This document shows positions 60,663 through 64,000 of a stretch of DNA of 64,000 bases, piece by piece. The DNA comes from Arcobacteraceae bacterium. GTDB taxonomy: Bacteria; Campylobacterota; Campylobacteria; Campylobacterales; Arcobacteraceae. A model generated the notes under the pieces. It worked only from the letters and a program-made list of their open reading frames with translations, was not told the DNA's origin and did not search any database. The position numbers and the translations under genes are program-made. How positions within the stretch are numbered: the first letter of the stretch is position 1; each line of letters begins with the position of its first letter. The stretch is from contig OY759974.1 of NCBI GenBank assembly GCA_963662945.1, positions 2,304,001 to 2,368,000 of the forward strand, written 5' to 3'.

Positions 60663-61780
60663 TATTTAAACCAACCTTTTACAGTATCAAAGATTCCACT
60701 AAACATATCTTCATGTGGTTTTGATTCTATTCCAAAACTTTGTTGGAGTTTTTCTAAAAGTTCTTTTTGTTCACTATTTAAACTGTCTGGATAGATAATT
60801 TTAATTTGAACAATAAATTTTCCTTTACCATATCCATTAACACTTTTAACACCTTCTCCTTTAAAAATAAACTGTTGTTTATCTTTTGCACCAGCAGGTA
60901 TTTTTACTTCAATTTCATCTTTTAAGCTAGGTACTTTTATAGTATCTCCTAGAGCAATTTGTGTAAAAAATATAGGAACTTCAAGGTAAATATCATCATC
61001 ATGTCTTACAAAGTGTTTATCCTCTTTTACATTGATAAGTATATATAAATCACCTCTAGAACCATCAGGTGCAATATTCCCTTTTCCACTTACTCTAATT
61101 CTATTTCCATTGTTAACACCTTCTGGAATATCTACAGTAAATCTTTCTTCTTTTTCATGATATCCAAGTCCAGAACAATCAGGACATTTTTCACTCACAG
61201 ATTGTCCAGTTCCTTCACAGTGTGGACAAGTTTGAGCAAAAGTCATGAACCCTTGTCTCATATGAACTTGTCCTTGACCATTACAAGTACTACAAGTAGA
61301 AAGTTTTCCACCTTTAGCACCAGTTCCACTACAAGATTTACAAGCTGTTTTGTATTTAAACTTTATCTCTTTTTTTACACCAAATATAGCTTCATTAAAT
61401 TCAAGATTAATATTTGTTTCTGTATCTAGGTTATAATTATATGTTTTTCTTTGTCTTTGGCGACTTCTGCCACCAAAACCTCCAAACATCTCTTCAAAAA
61501 TACTACCTAAATCATCAAAGCCACCTCTTGAGAAACCACCACCTTGTCCGTGTCCTTCTAATCCTTGTTTCCCATATCGATCATAAATTGATCTTTTCTC
61601 TTCATCACTTAAAACTTGATATGCTTCATTTACTGCTTTAAAATTTTCTTCAGCTTGGCTATCTCCTGGATTTTTATCTGGATGGTATTGCATAGCCATT
61701 TTTCTATATGCTTTTTTGATACTACTTTTATCTGCATTTTTTTCTACTTGTAAAATTTCATAATAACAAAGATCTGTCAA
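60662..61780 (-). CDS. dnaJ: Chaperone DnaJ
   Basis: J domain with HPD, G/F region, four CxxCxGxG repeats; TTG start. Confidence 0.96.
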   Translation of the reverse strand: MTDLCYYEILQVEKNADKSSIKKAYRKMAMQYHPDKNPGDSQAEENFKAVNEAYQVLSDEEKRSIYDRYGKQGLEGHGQGGGFSRGGFDDLGSIFEEMFGGFGGRSRQRQRKTYNYNLDTETNINLEFNEAIFGVKKEIKFKYKTACKSCSGTGAKGGKLSTCSTCNGQGQVHMRQGFMTFAQTCPHCEGTGQSVSEKCPDCSGLGYHEKEERFTVDIPEGVNNGNRIRVSGKGNIAPDGSRGDLYILINVKEDKHFVRHDDDIYLEVPIFFTQIALGDTIKVPSLKDEIEVKIPAGAKDKQQFIFKGEGVKSVNGYGKGKFIVQIKIIYPDSLNSEQKELLEKLQQSFGIESKPHEDMFSGIFDTVKGWFK

Positions 61781-61847
61781 GCTTATTCCTTTTTTTATAA
61801 TTTATAATAGGTGATTATTTTATCCAAATTAAGCTATAATCAATCTT

Positions 61848-62420
61848 ATGAATAAAGGATTAGAAAAATTTTATGATCTTGTAGAAGCTTTTGAAATGCT
61901 TCCAACTATAGGTAAAAAATCAGCAATTAGATTAGCATATCATATAGTCACAGAAAATACGTATACAGGTATGAAACTCGCACATAGTATAGAAACAGCA
62001 ATAAGAGATATAAGGCAGTGTACTCGATGTAACGCAATGAGTGAAAATGAGATATGTGAAATTTGTCTGGATAGTGATAGAGATAGCAGTAAATTATGTA
62101 TTGTTCAAAGCGCAAAAGATATATTTATTATAGAGGAGTCAAAGCAATTTAGTGGTAAATATTTTGTTATTGAGTCTTTGGAAGATGAAATAATTAAAAA
62201 ATTATTAAGTCTTATTCATTCTGCAGGGGTTAAAGATATTTTGTTTGCAGTAACACCTAGTTTGGCAAATGATGCATTTATTTTATATATTGAAGATAGA
62301 TTGAAAGATACAAATATAGAATTTACAAAAATAGCACAAGGTGTTCCTACTGGGGTGAGTTTAGAAAATGTAGATATTCTTTCTCTTTCTAAGGCAATCG
62401 CTGGAAAAACAAAAATTTAG
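61848..62420 (+). CDS. recR: Recombination mediator RecR
   Basis: LPTIGKKSA.RLAY, C4 zinc finger, KIAQGVPTG..LE.VD..SL. Confidence 0.95.
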   Translation: MNKGLEKFYDLVEAFEMLPTIGKKSAIRLAYHIVTENTYTGMKLAHSIETAIRDIRQCTRCNAMSENEICEICLDSDRDSSKLCIVQSAKDIFIIEESKQFSGKYFVIESLEDEIIKKLLSLIHSAGVKDILFAVTPSLANDAFILYIEDRLKDTNIEFTKIAQGVPTGVSLENVDILSLSKAIAGKTKI

Positions 62421-62424
62421 TAAT

Positions 62425-63120
62425 TTATAATAACTTACTAAGTTTTTGTACTTTTTTAAAATATTTCATATTTCGTTCAATTGTATACTTTTCAATTTTA
62501 TCTAAGAGCTTTGCATCTGTAACATGAAGTTTTTTTAATCTTGATAGACCATTAAAATTATCATTTATTTTTCCAAGTAAGTCTTTCAAAGTTGTTAAAG
62601 TTTTTAGTTGTTTTCTTTTTTGTTTTTTCAAATTTTTCAAAGCATAGAGAGTATGTTTAATTTGTATTCTATATTTATGAAGAGTTTTTTGTTCAAATAT
62701 AAGAGCTATGTTGTTTTGAATTTTTGGAAAGTCTAAGGGATGAACGATATTTTTACTTTTGATATTTTCTGGTATTTTGAGATTCTCAATGTATAAATAA
62801 AGTTGTTGGAATAATTTATTCCGAGTTTTATTTGAGTTTTCAATAATTAAATTCATATCAAGAGCTTTTTTATAAGAGGGTTTAAGTGACTCAACATAGG
62901 TACTAAAAAATACATCCATATCTCTTATTGTATTGCTTAGTTTGATTATTTTTTTTAGTTTGGGATAAAAAGGGTCAGAATCATCTACTAGGGATAATAA
63001 CTCTCTAGTTTGTTTACGTAAAATATGAATATTACCAATACTGTCATTACTACTTAAAAGTAGTAAATTAACAGTTTCAGTTAAATTTTTGAGTTTTACA
63101 TTTAATATACACTTTTCCAT
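62425..63120 (-). CDS. CHAD domain protein (polyphosphate-binding family)
   Basis: IHILRKQTR, IRDMDV, LHKYRIQIKHTLY, LKDLLGKIND. Confidence 0.8.
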   Translation of the reverse strand: MEKCILNVKLKNLTETVNLLLLSSNDSIGNIHILRKQTRELLSLVDDSDPFYPKLKKIIKLSNTIRDMDVFFSTYVESLKPSYKKALDMNLIIENSNKTRNKLFQQLYLYIENLKIPENIKSKNIVHPLDFPKIQNNIALIFEQKTLHKYRIQIKHTLYALKNLKKQKRKQLKTLTTLKDLLGKINDNFNGLSRLKKLHVTDAKLLDKIEKYTIERNMKYFKKVQKLSKLL

Positions 63121-63170
63121 AGTAACTAAGACTACTATAAGTGTAATTAAAGTTATCTAATAAAATAGAG

Positions 63171-64000
63171 TTACTTCTTACTCTCAACAAATTTTTGGAT
63201 TCTATTAATACCATCTTTGATTGTTGCTTCATCTGTAGCAAAAGAAAGTCTAAAGTACCCCTCAAGCCCAAATGCAACACCAGGTACAACTGCAACACCA
63301 ACTTCTTCTAAAAGTCCTTTTGAAAACTCCATAGAATCATTTGATACTTCTTTAATATTTACAAAAAGGTAGAATGCACCACTAGGTTTTACAACTGATA
63401 AACCATCTATGTTGTTAATCATCTCAACTGCAATATTTCTTCTTTTTTCAAACTCTACTCTCATAGATTCAATATCATTATCTGCACTTCCATCAAGAGC
63501 AGGAATAGCTGCAGCTTGAGTAATAGAATTAATATTTGATGTTGATTGTGATTGTAATTTTTTCATTGCTTTTACTAAAGCTTTGTCTTTAGATGCTAAA
63601 TATCCAAATCTCCAACCAGTCATTGCAACAGATTTACTGAGTCCATTAACTGTAATTGTTCTGTTGTACATATCTTCACTTACACTAGCAACAGCTGTAA
63701 ATTCTAGATTATCATAAGTGATTTTTTCATACATTTCATCACTAATCACAGTGATATTTGTATCTTTTAAAACTTCTGCTAATGCTAAAATTTCATCTTT
63801 TGTATAAACACTTCCTGTAGGATTTGAAGGACTTGTTAAAACTAACATTTTAGATTTTGGAGTAATTGCAGCTTTTAATTGTTCTGGTGTAATTTTGAAT
63901 CCACTTGCGTCATCGGTAATGATCTCTACAACAGTTCCACCACTGTATTTTACAAGCTCAGGATATGTTACCCAATATGGTGCAGGAATAATAACTTCAT
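63171..64000 (-). CDS. Class I/II PLP-dependent (aspartate) aminotransferase, 5' end outside window
   Basis: PAPYWVTYPE (window edge), SPSNPTG, SDEMYE, NGLSKSVAMTGWRFG, GAFY. Confidence 0.93.
   Translation of the reverse strand, partial: EVIIPAPYWVTYPELVKYSGGTVVEIITDDASGFKITPEQLKAAITPKSKMLVLTSPSNPTGSVYTKDEILALAEVLKDTNITVISDEMYEKITYDNLEFTAVASVSEDMYNRTITVNGLSKSVAMTGWRFGYLASKDKALVKAMKKLQSQSTSNINSITQAAAIPALDGSADNDIESMRVEFEKRRNIAVEMINNIDGLSVVKPSGAFYLFVNIKEVSNDSMEFSKGLLEEVGVAVVPGVAFGLEGYFRLSFATDEATIKDGINRIQKFVESKK

Noticed and set aside
3104-61641. Many short antisense or nested ORFs in the ORF track (e.g. 3104-3592, 18796-19134, 30757-31236, 47987-48607, 51667-52188)
   Set aside because: They lie opposite well-supported genes, lack recognisable motifs and look like shadow frames.
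1-64000. CRISPR array, rRNA, IS/transposase, known riboswitch
   Set aside because: No regularly spaced repeats, rRNA-like tract, transposase ORF or recognisable riboswitch consensus seen by eye; an Rfam/CRISPR scan would be needed to exclude weak cases.

Overview
AT-rich chromosomal window from a Campylobacterota bacterium, most likely Arcobacteraceae. This is inferred from gene content and synteny such as pycB/oad-pckA, mobB-fbp-nspC, ccoG and many REC/HK/MCP/GGDEF genes. Left end: a partial Cache-domain chemoreceptor, then a divergent nitrogen-fixation accessory operon with a sigma54-type motif (nifV, GNAT-like, Rop-like/CCE_0567, BFD-like Cys protein, LRR protein). Next come an orphan binding protein-histidine kinase-MCP cluster, an ankyrin protein, selO, sixA and recQ. 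recQ is directly coupled to a complete cyanobacterial-type bidirectional [NiFe]-hydrogenase operon (hoxEFUYH plus hoxW), followed by hup. Three separate ORF calls at 22646-23990 form one broken gene: a TAXI solute-binding domain fused to a catalytically dead LapG/BTLCP-like domain, interrupted by an A9 frameshift and an in-frame TAA. The rest is mostly housekeeping and signalling: CASDH, ccoG, htpX with a CIRCE element, an atypical tRNA-Glu, trpA, panB, ruvB, nspC, fbp, mobB, pckA, oadGAB, rpoD, leuDB, dnaJ, recR, a partial aminotransferase, and two heme-c GGDEF paralogs. Unannotated signals include a candidate ~100-nt sRNA at ~33590-33690, a 24-aa microprotein divergent from a self-cleaving CI/LexA-like repressor, and a candidate leader peptide upstream of a CNNM/CorC transporter. 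No CRISPR array, rRNA, transposase or prophage structural genes were seen. All calls come from reading motifs by eye; no database searches were run.
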